Source of the DNA: Octopus vulgaris
Lineage: Eukaryota
Length of the DNA: 64,000 bases
Direction of reading: 5' to 3'
Assembly: GCA_951406725.2 (NCBI GenBank)
Contig: OX597816.1
Location: forward strand, 116,808,001-116,872,000
This document shows positions 1-13,322 of the stretch, piece after piece (within the stretch, counting starts at the first letter, position 1; each line of letters starts with the position of its first letter). Below the pieces are notes generated by a model. That model was not told the origin of the DNA. It did not search any database and saw only the letters and a list, made by a program, of their open reading frames with translations. Both the position numbers and the translations under genes were made by a program.

Positions 1-339
1 TACATGGGAAGATGTAATAAACAGGGAGCAACTGCTCTTTTACACTTTTATTGATTTCAGTCACTGAACTTTGGCCATACTGGGGCACCAGGTTTTAATC
101 AATTATATTAACCCCAGTACTTCATTTGATTGATTTTAGAAGTAACAAAAAAAAAACTTCAGCCTAGGTATAAAGGGGCATAACAAAAATGTCATCTTCA
201 TCCTGATTTTGCCATTTCCTCCTCCTCTTATTCTTCTCTTATAATAATTATTATTATTATTATCGTTTTGTTTTTATCTGTTTCAATCACCATTTTTATC
301 CTTATTTTATACTTACTGTCATACCCAATGACTAGCATT

Positions 340-1450
340 GCAGCACCATAGTCAACTGTTACAAAGGTAAAGGTGACGCATTAGATAGAAATAACTGCAG
401 AGGTTTCAACTTGTTGGATCAGATGATGAGAGCCACAGAGAGGGTCATAGCCCAACTAATTAGGGAGAGAGTTAGTTTAGATGATATGCAGTTTAGGTTT
501 GTGCTAGGGAGAAGCACCACTGATGCTATATTTCTGGTAAGACAGCTGCAAGAGAAATTCCTAGCCAAAGACAAACCTCTGTACTTGGCTTTTATTGACA
601 TGGTAAAAGCCTTTGACAGGGTCCTCCAATCCTTCATCTGGTGGTAAATGTAGAAACTAGGGATAGATGAGTGGTTGGTGAGAACTGTACAAGCCATGTA
701 AAGGGATACTGTCAGTAAAGTGAGGGCTGGCTACGAGTATGGTGAAGAATTCTAGGTTCACCAAGGATCAGTCCTCAGCCCCTCTTGTTCATCATAGTCC
801 TCCAGAAAATAACAGAGGAATTCAAGACAGGCTGCCCCTGGGTGCTCTTTTATGCTGATGACCTTGCTCTAATAGCTAAGTCACTACCAGACCTAGAGAG
901 GCAGTTTCAGATATGAAAGCAAGTTCTAGAATCGAAGAGACTTAGAGTTAAACTAGCAAGAACCAAAGTCTTAATAAGTAAGAAGGCAGATAAATCACAA
1001 ATCCCTTCCGGTAGATGGCCCTGCTCAATCTGTAGAAAAAGTGTAGGTTGAAACTCCATAAGATATAACCACAAACAGTGATGTTACACGGCAGTGAAAA
1101 ATGGGCAGTGATTTCTGAGGACATGCATAGGCTTGAAAGAAATGAAGCTAGTATGTTTTGCTGGATGTGAAATGTCAGTGTGCATATACAACAGTGTAAG
1201 CACTCTGAGAGAAAAATTGGGCATAAGAAGCATCAGATGTGTTGTGCAAGAGAGACAGCTGCACAGGTATGGTCATGTGTTGTGCATGGATGAAGACAGC
1301 TGTGTGAAGAAGTGTCACACCCTATCAGTGGAAGGAACCTGAGGAAGACATGGAATGAAGTGGCAAAGCACAACCTTCGAATGTTGGGCTTCACAGAGGC
1401 AATGATAATCGACCAAGACTTTGGAGATATGCTGTGCTTGAGAAGACCCA
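340..1450 (+). mobile_element. Decayed RTE-clade LINE, 5'-truncated (RT pseudogene)
   Basis: ORF 411-647 reads GRSTTDAIFLVRQLQEKFLAKDKPLYLAFIDMVKAFDRV. Downstream frames give HQGSVLS (~760) and YADDLAL (~851), plus an RTE-type C-terminal RYGHVL. Many stops and frameshifts. Confidence 0.88.
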
Positions 1451-1574
1451 CCAAGCCAAGTGAGATTGTAGTCATGGTCGATGCCAGTGTCACATAACTG
1501 GCCCATTTAAAAATACCCTTCAATCATCAGACAATATACCATGCTTGTGGAGACCTGTTGAAGTGAATGAAATC

Positions 1575-1900
1575 ATAGACGTGGCCAATGCCAGTGCCAC
1601 CTCACTAGCACCCATGCCAGTGGCACATAAAAAGCATCATTTGAGCATGGCCAATGCCAGTGATGCCTCACTGGCATCCGTGCTGGTGGAATGTAAAAAG
1701 TACCATTCAAGCGTGCCAATGCCAGTACTGCCGGTACTATCCTGGTGACACATAAAAAGCACCATTCACGCATGACCAATGCTAGTGCTGCCTGACTGGC
1801 TCCTGTGTTGGTGGAATGTAAAAAGCACCATTTGAGCACAACCGATGCCAGTGCTGCCTAACTGGCTCCTGTGCTGGTGGCATGCAAAAATCCCCCACTA
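1575..1900 (+). repeat. Diverged ~60-bp tandem repeat in the 3' region of the RTE element
   Basis: About 5-6 units resembling gccaatgccagtgc...ctggc..c.gtg.tggtgg.a.gtaaaaagcacc, followed by the ggagtggttgg..ttag.aagggt.tccagctgtagaaac motif shared with other copies in the window. Confidence 0.75.
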
Positions 1901-2226
1901 CACTCTCGGAGTGGTTGGTGTTAGAAAGGGTGTCCAGCTGTAGAAACCTTGCCAAGTCAGATTGGAGACTGGTGCAGCCTCCCAGCTTGCCAGCCCTCAG
2001 TCTAACCACCCAAACCATGCATGTATGTATATATGCATATGCATGTGTATGTGTGTTTGTGTGTGTGTATGTGGATATATATATATATATATATATATAT
2101 ACCTGTTTTAGGTGAGATGTTTTTTTCTCCACAGTAACACAAATAATCAACAAAACTAACCATTTACAAAATAAAATGATGGCAATGCATGCATCATGCA
2201 TGCACACTCACACTCACACACACACA

Positions 2227-2270
<44 letters not shown>

Positions 2271-2857
2271 TGTCAGCACTATCATGACTGTGACCAATGA
2301 TTAATTTTTCTCTACTTTTTTTTTTTTTGAAGATGGGCATACAGAAAATAATTCAAAGCAGTGAAAACATTGAAGGGTATAAAATGTCAATGTAATTAAG
2401 ATTATCATTAGTTATTATGTGTCATAAAGTACTGAGCTATGTCATAATGCACACTTTGTAGGAGACGAAGATAACATGCCATGACACACAATCTTGTCTC
2501 CATTGACATCAACACCATTACTCTCAATCTCAAAATCAGCACTGCCACCAATACCACTAATACTACTACTACTGTTGCTGCTGCTGCTGCTACTACTACT
2601 ACTGCCATTCCATTTTGAAACATGTATAAATACATACAAGGCATGCATATAAATGCATACACATGCATTACATTCATACTCATGCACAAACAGGTATACA
2701 CATATTTATGTATATATATATATATATATATAAACACATACCTATGTGCATATTTATATACATGTACACATACACATATATTTACAGATATACATACACA
2801 CACATAAGTACACACACACACACATATATATATACATATATACATACACACACATAA

Positions 2858-2910
<53 letters not shown>

Positions 2911-2911
<1 letters not shown>

Positions 2912-2971
2912 TAGCTGAAGGGACCCGCTCTACGCGCGGGTAAGAGCATGGTTATATATATATAAATGTAT

Positions 2972-3010
<39 letters not shown>

Positions 3011-3040
3011 CAGATATATGCACTTTGTATATATAAAAAT

Positions 3041-3087
<47 letters not shown>

Positions 3088-6000
3088 CAGATATATGCAC
3101 TTTGTATATATAAAAATTATTATATATACATATTTATATATAGCTACACACACACATATATAAATTAAGCCAATAAATATCTGATTCATAATATTTGTTG
3201 TGATGATTGAGTGGTGGTTGTGGCGATGATAATTCTCTCTATGAATGCAGACAGATGTAGAGAATGAGAGTGTGTGAAAGCGCTGTGGAAGGCAGGGAGG
3301 AGGGATAACGGACGCTGTGAAACGACGTTATATAGAGAAAGTGAATGTAAGGGAGGTAGACGCTGTGAAACGACGTTATAGATAGAATGTGAAAGGAAGG
3401 GAGAAAAGTGAGTGAGTGATGGAGGAAGACAGATACATAAAAGAGGACATGAAAGAAACTATCTCACCAGGAATGATATCAAGTACTTGTTTATTTGTAG
3501 CATCAGCTGTTGTATTATGAGGCGATAGAATAGCTCTTGCTCTTAGCCAATCGAGATCCTGGAAGTTTGTTTCGACGTCAGGTAAAACGGTTCTTATAAG
3601 TTCCTCTACATTTGGAACGAAATTCCCAAAAGGCAACCGAATATGCTCATCATCAACGAAAGGCAAAACTCCATCACCAAGATCTAATAGGTGTTTTGCG
3701 AAAGCCTCAGACTCCACATCACCATGTAGGTGGGCTCTCATGTTTGTTTGAAGATGGCGACTGATAACACTGTGCCACACATAAGAATGCTTTATACATG
3801 CATTAACCTCATCGGCTCTAGTGCCTGCTCGGACAACAGGAAGAGTTTGTCGAAAATCTCCTGCCATGAGAAACGTAGCCCCACCCATTATTTTTGTATT
3901 GTGACGCAAATCTTGGAGAGTTCTGTCAAGAGCTTCAAACATGGCCTTATTACTCATTGTAGCCTCATCCCAAATAAAAAGACTGCATTCACGAAGAAGT
4001 CTTGCTCTTGAGGAACTACGATGTATATTACATATAGGATTATGTTTCTTTCCAATGTCCATGGGCAATTTGAATGCACTATGTGCCGTACGGCCGCCTT
4101 GAAGCAGTGTCGCTGCAATACCACTTGAGGCACATGCAATGGCAATTCGGCGTTCAGCGCGCAGCTTTGCGAGAATCAAATTGATAACGAAAGTTTTACC
4201 AGTACCACCTGGAGCATTCAAAAACAAAAGTTTTCCTTGGTTCAATGTAACGCTGTCAATAAGTTCATTATAAATCTCTCTTTGTTCAGGCAAAAGTCTT
4301 GGTTCATCTCGCGTAATTGTTTCCGTTAATTCGGCAATGTTGTAGTTTTTTTCTGACATGTATTCAACATCCAAAGGCGCTTCATGATGGACAGGTGTTG
4401 GCAGATGGAATTCACTTAAACCGCGTATAACATAGCGTCTGATGTGTCTGTCCATGTCGATTAATGCCTCATTATAAACATCGTCGTTGCCATCAGGTAG
4501 CGCTAAATTAGCCTGTATGTCCTTTGATAGGCTCTGTCTGAACGATTCCCAAAGGTTAAGAGGGTTGCTAGGATTACAGTGGATTAATATGCTACAAAAC
4601 AATTGACGCATTTGCCATGGCAGTTTACAATTTGAGGCCTCTGCTAATGTCCTGTGTAAGTGGTCGTCATTGAGAAGAATTCCGCGCCTCAAACATGCTT
4701 CCCTGTAAGTGGCGCAGATGATACCATCAACCGTGCGAAGATCAGCAAAAGACTTCGGTCCAGTAACTACATGAAGTAGCATTCTCAAAAAGAAGATTTC
4801 CTGTTTGGTAGGATGAATATTATACACACGTCCAATGACGTTGTTCCTAGAAACACCAGGCCAATTGTCAAGTTCTGTTCCATGTGACCTGCGCTTCCAA
4901 TTATTGTTGTTGTATGTGTAATATTCCGGTACTTCAGGGTAAATGAGAGTAGCAGCAAACTCATCAACTGAACACAATTTTAAAAATGCTGTAAGCGTAG
5001 TCCCTTTTGGATTTTCAATGACTTGACGTGCATTTTTCTCTGTGAAGTAAACCAGCTGTCTCTTCTGTAAATGAACATTCAGGTGGAAAACTGTTGGTGA
5101 GCTTAGATGAATCTCGTATCCAAAAATGCGCCACGCTGCATAATTGGAGGATACATACCTACCCAAAACGAATTGTTTAATTTCGTCATGTCTAAGGTCT
5201 TCATCACTGAACACAAACACGACCATATCATCGCCCTTATTAATGTACTTGCAGAGGTATTGTATGCATCTCACCGAACTGCAGTACTCAACATTAATGT
5301 GTGCATTAAATGTTTTGGAAAGCAAAGGGTTGAATGGAACGATCCAGACATTATCAACATCGAATGTTTTTAGCCGTTGTCTAATTGTAGTTGTGCGGCC
5401 ACCCAAACCTGGGTCACGCCTTCGGTAGATGGGATATCCGTCATTCATAGTGCAGGTTTGACCGCAAAAGTCTCTAGGGTACCGCTTCGAACATCTTTTA
5501 TTCTTCATGCATGGACTTCTCGGATTAAAGTCACCACATGGACCGTGAATCATATGCTTTGTCACACTGCTGTGCAGCTGAGGATCAGCATTTTGATCGG
5601 GCAACTCAGCAGATATAATTTTGTCAATATCCACAGGGTGGATTCTATCGTGACACCAGGCTAGCATATGAACGTGTGGAAGACCTCTCTTCTGCCATTC
5701 CACAGTATACATCCAAGCAGACAGTGGGCCAAAAATATGCAAAACTTTCATTAAAAATAGCATTTTCTTCAACTTGGCATGAAAAACGCGCGCCACAATG
5801 TCATGTCCGTGCTCTGGCAGCTGCCCAACGAACACATTGTCTTTAATCTCTGGCCAGGTAGGATTGCAGGTAAATGTAATGAAGAGGTCCGGCTTTCCAA
5901 ACTTACCGAGGTATGTCATTGCGTCCTGCATTCGTTTATTCATATACCGAGGTGAGTCAATAAATGTTGAAGGAAGAATAATACGTTTTCCTACGTTGTC

Positions 6001-6677
6001 TGCATCACCGTCTTGACGAATTGCATCCTCTAGATTAACGTATTCTGTTGCTCTTAATTGGTCCTGGTGAGAACGAATGTAAACGTTCGGACTCAACTTT
6101 ACAATACATGTCGACCAAAAACTGATTGGTCAAAGAATGGCACCTTAGTACTAAATTGAAATCGTTTTCTCGCACCATGAGTCGATAGGCGTAAAATGCC
6201 TTGCAGGAAACCTTCTTGTGAAGAAGTGTGAGAATTGTGGGATCAACCTTTTGAATTTCTAAGTGGTATCCATCCTCTCCATGAGGAAAAAGGAGAGGGT
6301 ACTGCAAGCAATCGTAACATCGGTGTAATTCTGAAACAAAAGTCACGTCTTCGTCGCGGTGACGGAGGATTATGTCACGATTTCCATGGACCTCATCGAC
6401 CATGAGTGCTGCAACTTCATTCGTAGTTGGAGCGTTGAAACGACCAGGGTGGTCACCGGCAGGAGTTTTGTCGGAATGTAAACATGATTTGTTTTAAGAG
6501 AAAGATTATCATGATTGTGTGTTGGTGGTGGTGGTGGTGGCGATGATAATTATCATTAGGAAAAAGAGTGAGTGAGGAAGACATACATAAGTTGTGGCGA
6601 TGATAATTGTAGACCCCTTTTCACATTTTGATGAAGAGAACCCGATTTCATTCGTGTGTACTGGGGCCCACATATAG

Positions 6678-6721
<44 letters not shown>

Positions 6722-6820
6722 ACGGTGTAGAAAATAAATTAGAGATCAAACCACTAAAAGGGAAATGAAACAGTAAAATAAACGCAAACATAAAAATAAA
6801 AATATAATATTAGATATATG

Positions 6821-6853
<33 letters not shown>

Positions 6854-7270
6854 TTTGACAGGTAGACAATAGAATGCGATGGTGATGGGGATGACGATGT
6901 AATATTTGTTACTGTCCATGAACGCTGATAGATACATGAGTAAAATGTATAGGAAGGTAAGAGTTAAGAGTGAGTGAAAATGTTCTTGGGAGAGAGTAAA
7001 TAGCGACAGAGTGATTTGAGGAAGACTTTACATTAAATAACGGTAGTTGCATTGTCAAATGAAGAGGAGTGACAGAGTACTGGAGGAAATAGGGTGAGGT
7101 AGGGAGATGGCCCCTAGCAACCACACCTTTTAAGATAGGGATTTCTAAGGTAGCCCACGCGCATCGTCACCTCATTCTACATGTCCCTGTAAATTTTGGA
7201 TCGAATCGGACGGGATGTAGTGGCATTGAAAGCGAACCAAGCGGTAAAAACGCATTTCAGTTTTATATAT

Positions 7271-7273
<3 letters not shown>
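2911..7273 (-). mobile_element. Helitron with both termini, internally deleted
   Basis: On the minus strand the 5' end is TCTATATATAAAACTG at 7273. The 3' end has a GC-rich hairpin (acccgcgcgtagagcgggt) ~11 nt before a terminal CTAG at 2911. It sits between A and T in a (TA)n array with no TSD and encloses a Rep/helicase ORF. Confidence 0.93.
3376..6403 (-). pseudogene. Helitron RepHel transposase (HUH Rep + PIF1-family SF1 helicase), frameshifted near 6080 and truncated at both ends
   Basis: Rep motifs PDLFITFTCNP, EWQKRGLPHVHML and YLCKYINK; helicase motifs APGGTGKT, WDEATM, GDFRQTLPV and LQTNMR. The overlapping ORF 6035-6403 (YDCLQYPLLFPHGEDG) is the upstream part. Distal helicase motifs are absent. 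Confidence 0.92.
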
Positions 7274-7350
<77 letters not shown>

Positions 7351-7595
7351 ATACATATATCTACATGCACATGATACTTTTCAGGTTACAAAGTATATAA
7401 ACAACAGAAACAATACAAACGACTACATTGAAAACATGAATGAAGAGTGGTGCCACCATGAAGATGCTTCACCTACTAGAAATAGTAACCAAATCTGACC
7501 CAAAACCCATCTTGCATGTGTATAAGATAGTCCTAAAAACAATATTTATATTATTTACATTTGACAGATATTTGTCCTCATCTTGTTTGTTGTTA

Positions 7596-7636
7596 ACACA
7601 TTTCGGCTGATATACCCTCCAGCCTTCATCAGGTGT
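7596..7636 (-). ncRNA. Degenerate minimal type-I hammerhead ribozyme motif
   Basis: Minus strand reads ACAC-CUGAUGA-A-GGCUG(10-nt loop)CAGCC-GAAA-U-GUGU. Stems I and II and both core boxes are intact, but ~3 nt of stem III and the cleavage site are missing. The sister copy at 8595-8638 keeps that part but has core substitutions. Confidence 0.6.
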
Positions 7637-7701
7637 CTTGGGGAAATTTCGAACCTGGGTTCTCATTCCTAAGATATTTTTCGATGTTATTATTATTATT
7701 A

Positions 7702-8298
7702 TTGAGTGAGAGAGCAGTTCATGCCATCAAAGTGACACTGGGGTAAAATATACGAAGCCCAATATACCCATCATGACTACCCGTCTGATAAGGGTACACC
7801 AGGCACATGCATCACAACCATATGTGCACGACATGGTGATCTCATATCAAGATAAACAGCACATGACCTTGCAAGTGAGGCCCAGTTAGAATTTTCTTCA
7901 GGTTGAGTAGCCCATCCCACTCAAAGGGTCCCTGAATAAGGGTTGTTTAAGGATGTTGAACGAAACACCCATGTTTCCAGAGGTGAATTATTCAAACCCC
8001 AAAGAATCCCTCTCAACACATGGCTATGGTGCTCCCCCACTACTTCTGCTCGTGATCAGACATGCACATATCGTCAGCCACTAAGGGACATGCTCAACTG
8101 GTTAAGGTCAAACAACTGACAAGCAAATCTGTGGTATTGAGCAGAATATTTGCTGTAGCCCATCTTTTATACCAAGACAAAACAATGTACATGATAACAC
8201 TTCCAATCAGTTAAGATCAGAAGCCATGAGAGCCACTGCCTGGTACTGCATCAGGGCATAGCAGAATATTTGCTGTAGCCCATCTTTTATACCAAGAC
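7702..8298 (-). mobile_element. Unclassified non-coding element nested in the (TAA)n linker
   Basis: A ~600-bp complex block interrupts the TAA tract of the left arm only. It carries a ~39-bp direct repeat (8140-8178 and 8260-8298). Orientation is inferred from the TAA tail. Confidence 0.55.
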
Positions 8299-8497
8299 TA
8301 TCATTATCATTATTATTATTATATTGCTATTGTTATAATTATTATCCTAATTATTGTTCAAGTCACTGCTTGGAATCGAACTTGGAATATTGGAGTTAGT
8401 AGCCCATGCTCTTAACCACAGGCATATGGCATAGGGATTAAGAGCATGGGCTACTAACCCCAAGATTCCGAGTTTGATTCCAAGCAGTGACCCAAGC

Positions 8498-8546
<49 letters not shown>

Positions 8547-11038
8547 TCGAAAAATACCTTAAGAATGAGAACCCAGGTTCGAAATTTCCCCAAGATACTT
8601 GATGAAGGCTGGAGAGTATATCAGCTGAGATGTTGTGTTAACAATAAACAAGATGAGGACAAATATCCATCAAATGTAAATAATGTACATAATTCCTCAT
8701 CTCTTAAATATAGAACTGTATAGTCTTAAAAACATTTAAGCTTAGGATGGTGATGATCTAAACAATAGGTAGTGAATAGAAGAGTTATTAGAGCAGGAGA
8801 TAGAGTGCTGTGTGGTATTTTTCCTGAGTCCCTACTCTCTGAGTTCAAATCCTACTGCAGTCAACATTGTATTTCATCCTTTCAATGTTGATAAAAATGT
8901 ACCACTTCTAATAGGTAGATTGGTAGAATTGTAAGACTGTTAGGTCAGGTGCCTTGTGATGCTTGTTCCAGTTCTTTGTGTTCTGATTCCAAATTTCATC
9001 ATGGTCTACATAGAAGGTTGACTTAATCCATCATGCAGTTTAACACCACTACCTAGAATCTTGAGTCCCTTTAGTGGAATCTACTCTGTTACAAGTAGTC
9101 AGTTTGGGTCTCCAGTTTGAGGATACCCTTCTCCCTCTTTCCCTCCCACCAGTTTCTGAGGCACAGTAAAGTATCATAGACACTGCCTTCCGACATGACT
9201 ATAAGATGAAATAATAACGAAAAAACATCTACAATATCAATTACATTGTGTTCACTGGACTTAGAAGTCCTGTAGAATCTATAACCATAGGCTTTCTATA
9301 GCCACTGATTTTCTAAAGGCACTACTCTTCTAAAGGCACTGACCTTCTTGAGTTTCGTTTTTGTGTTTTTCCCCCTAACTGGAGATTGGGTTTGTATCCC
9401 ATTGGAGATACATATTTTTAATGGTAGTACCCCAGCAGAGCTGCAGCTCTCAGACTGAAACTAGTAAAAAAAGACAAGCATATTACTGTTTTTGTACCAT
9501 ACAGCACACTGGCCCACCCTTAACTATCATGTTCTAAGATTCCTTGGATTGTTTTTGGAATACACTAGATTATAAGAGGTTACTAATACCTTGATCAAAA
9601 TAGCATTTCTTCAAGGAAGGTGATCTCTCCACAATCATCTCACAGTAATCCATAGCTAACTCTGAGGAAGCAAGTGAAAGAGCGAGAAAGAGACTGAGGA
9701 AAAAACAAATCGATCTTTGTATGTCACTGGTAACTGACCATGCAAGAGGTTTACCTTGGAATAGATTTATTTCAGATGGATTTGAACCCAGAAAGCAAAG
9801 AACCCAAATGATTTCCAGATGGTAATTCTTCAAGACTTCATGTTCTGGCTCAACAATACAGCACAGCCAATTCTGAGAGAAAGAAAGAAGTGTGGAGTTT
9901 GTGAAAGAAGATTCATCTGCTGTTCTTGATCAGTACTTTATCTACCATGGAAAAATGAAAGGCACGGTTGATTTCAGCAGTATTTGAACTCAAAACACAA
10001 AGAACTGGGATAATTTATCCTGTTCTGAGAATGGCAGAAAGAGAGAGAAGAATCAATTCCTAGAACTTCATTTAGCAACCCTTGAAAGATGAAGTGCAAA
10101 GCTGACCTCAATGAGAAGTGAAACCAGAACATAAGTGCCTGAACAATTTACACAATGCATTTGTCCAATGCTCTAATAACTCAATCATTAAACTACCCTT
10201 TTCTATGTTATACTAATGTGTTTAATACTGACATTCTAACTATTCTGGCAAAAGACTTCCTTGTATTTTATCATTTCACAGTAAACATAAAGATATCCCT
10301 ATGTGCACCTGTGTAAGAAATCTGTGTAGATCTACTATATGCATAATGGTTCCATAATAAATGTATTTTGTTTGTGAGTCATTCTAAAGTGTTCTAAGGA
10401 GTTTTCATAAGAATTTCAAGTAAGACAAAGTTTATAACATATTTCTTTTTTTTATACTGAACTAAAAATTGTTGTTTCATAGTCTTCCTCTTACAGCATG
10501 TGTGAGAATGTATGTGAGAGGGTGTTTGCATGTGTGTTTGTGTTTATGTATGTGCATACGTGTTCAGGTGTAGATATAGACATTAGATTGATATATATGT
10601 GTGTGTGTTCAGATGTAGATATAATCATATATATATATATATATACATATATATATGTATGGGCTAAATATAAATATCAACAAAGATTCATCAGTATACA
10701 TGTTTATGTATGTGTATCTATCTATATACATCACTCCTTGTATATGTTTAATTTACTGTTTACAGAATAACATTACATATGTATGTGTATTTGAGTCTAC
10801 ACACACATATCTGTATGTATATGGTCACGCCACACAAACACTCATATACTGAAAGAAATCTCTCTCTCTCTCTCCCTCTCTCTCTCATACCCTCTTTCTC
10901 ACTCAGTCATACGTACACATATATATGTAAAGCCATATATACTGTAATAATAATTACACCTAAATATATGTGTCTGTGTGTGTGTGTGTCTTTGTATGTG
11001 TGGTTGTGTGTGTGTATTTGTGTGTGTGTGTGTGTGTA

Positions 11039-11089
<51 letters not shown>

Positions 11090-12569
11090 CTGTATGCATA
11101 TTAATTTTTTTTTATTGCCCCTTTGTGTTTCACTTCCATGTTTTCAGTAAGATAAGCAAAGAGATGTGAAAAGAAACTTCAATAAGTTCAGTGGTCAAGT
11201 GTAGAGTGTGAACCAGAGACTTAGCTGAGAGCAATTCCAACCCAGTTGTATATCCTGTCCAACTGTGAAATCCATCTTCAAACATTGAAGAAGGGACTCA
11301 CTTTCTCACTCACTATAGTAAGAACTTTGAAAACTATAAGTAACTATAAGGGCAGTGGGAGACAAGAAGGGTCAGGAAGGAATGAGAAAATGGTAACAAA
11401 AACAAATACACAAATACAAATACAGAACAGCTATAAAAATTTCAGCCTAATAAGAAAAAGTCACATAGGTGTTGACCAAAAGTGCTAAAGGCATATTGTG
11501 CTAAGTGTAATGTTTACTTCCTTGTCTTCATTTTCTTTTCTTTTCCACTTCATTTTTTTTTTTAGTTTTTGATGTTTGTTTCTTCTATATTTTTATTCCT
11601 TTTTTTTTAACATACTAATTCTTTCAGATCTTGCAAAGTCTACTGCTTCTGTAGCGTGATTATATTTGTAAACTAGTTAGGATGGACTGTGTGATTTTCT
11701 GTGTTTATACACACACACACATACAAATATAATATGCATATACTTATATATGTATGTATATATATACACATGTATGTGTATGTTAGTTTCTCTGCATGTG
11801 TGTATTTTACTGTCTTTTGCATGAATTGTTTTTGTAAAGTGAGCTGCTTGTCAGGATGTCAGTTTGTATAAGTGTACATGTGTGTAAATATTTGTGTGTA
11901 TGTGTGTGTGTGTATATATATATATATGTATATGTATACATAGAGACATACATACACAGACACATATATGTATATATACATACATATATATATACACACA
12001 CACAAGTATACATATAACATGCACACATATACACACAATCAGACACATGGCTCACACACACTCATATTCTAGATCACCTCCTCCGATACACGTCTATGAG
12101 TGTATGTATATGTTTATGCATAATTTGTATTCTATAACATATCTCAGGTTTTAACAGTCACCTAGTTAATAACATTGTGCGTGAGTGTGTATGTGTGTGT
12201 GTGTGCATGTGTGTGTGCATGTGTGTGTGTACACGTGTGTCTATTGCTTTGTGTATTTTTTTGCTTGCATAAACACATTTTCTCAATTAAGAAGAGAATA
12301 CTAGTTAGTATACCATACTTTGCAATGCCATCAATCATGCTACAGTCAACTATCTCTACTACTACTACCACCACCACCATCAATAATAATAATAATTCTT
12401 TCTTCTATGTGCACAAGGCCTGAAATTTTGGTGGTAGGTAGGCAGAGCTAGACAATTTCATCAACTCCTGTACTTGACTGGTAATTATCTTATTGACCCC
12501 ATAAGGATGAATGGCAAAGTCAACCTTGACAGAATTCAAACTCAGCACCTAAAGAGCCAGTAAACATTA

Positions 12570-12830
12570 TCATCATCATTTAACATCCTCCTTTCATGCT
12601 GGCATGGATTGGATGGTTTGACTGGATCTGGTTTAGCAGAAGCCTGTGCCATACTTCTGTGTCTCCTTTGGCACAGTTCTTATGGATGGATGCCCTTCCT
12701 AACCACCCCACAGAGAGGGCTGAGTGCTTTTCACATGGTACCAGCACAGCTGAGGTCAGTTTTGGCATGGTTTTTACGGCTGGATGCCCTTCCAAATGCC
12801 AACCACTTTATAGTCTGGACTGGATGCTTT
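12570..12830 (-). mobile_element. RTE-type 3'-end repeat family with (GAT)n tail. Related copies at ~16860-17140(-), 37575-37940(+), 45770-46010(-), 47950-48300(+) and 50900-51050(+)
   Basis: Shared motifs gtggttgg..ttaggaagggcatccagc.gta and ccaacccatgccagcatggaa, also seen at the 3' end of the RTE copy (1905-2020). Confidence 0.7.
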
Positions 12831-13014
12831 ATAAGTGGCACCTGCAAGACAAGGAATCTTTGAGAGGGGAGGAGCCATTGGAGGAGGTGATCTAATGTCA
12901 GATGATGAATGGTTAGAGTGTGACAGAGAGACAGAAACAGATGTCTTGCTGTAGAGGAGGTACATGGTTACCCAGCCAGAGAGAGAGAGAGAACAACAAC
13001 AACAATATAAATAA

Positions 13015-13217
13015 TCCTTTCTACTAAAGGCACAAGGCCTGAAATTTTGGGGGAGAGGACTAGTCGATTGCATTGACCCCAGTGCTTCACTGGTACTTAA
13101 TTTATCGATCCCAAAAAGATGAAAGGCAAAGATGACCTCAGCAGAATTTGAACTCAGAACATAGTACTGGTAAGCATTTCATCTAATGTGCTAATGATTT
13201 TGCCAGCTCACCACCTT
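13015..13217 (-). mobile_element. tRNA-derived SINE, Meta-domain-like core
   Basis: Reverse complement of the family consensus ggcgagctggcagaa...gagttcaaattctgc.gagg...tttgcctttcatcctttcggggtcgataaattaagtaccag. Confidence 0.8.
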
Positions 13218-13220
13218 AAA

Positions 13221-13322
<102 letters not shown>

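Larger units (their letters stand above)
7542..8719. mobile_element. Inverted pair of a tRNA-headed SINE-like element with (TAA)n linker and hammerhead-like tail, flanked by a 15-bp TSD
   Basis: Tails 7542-7690 and 8541-8692 are inverted copies. Heads 8358-8422 and 8428-8495 are inverted copies with A/B-box-like motifs. Flanks are atagtcctaaaaaca (7527-7541) and atagtcttaaaaaca (8720-8734). Confidence 0.8.

Noticed and set aside
1575-1900. CRISPR-like regularly spaced repeats
   Set aside because: The units are contiguous diverged tandem copies without unique spacers, there are no cas genes, and the context is a eukaryotic LINE 3' end.
8428-8495. Functional tRNA gene
   Set aside because: No intact cloverleaf. 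It is joined to a TAA linker and repeat tail, so it was treated as a SINE head.
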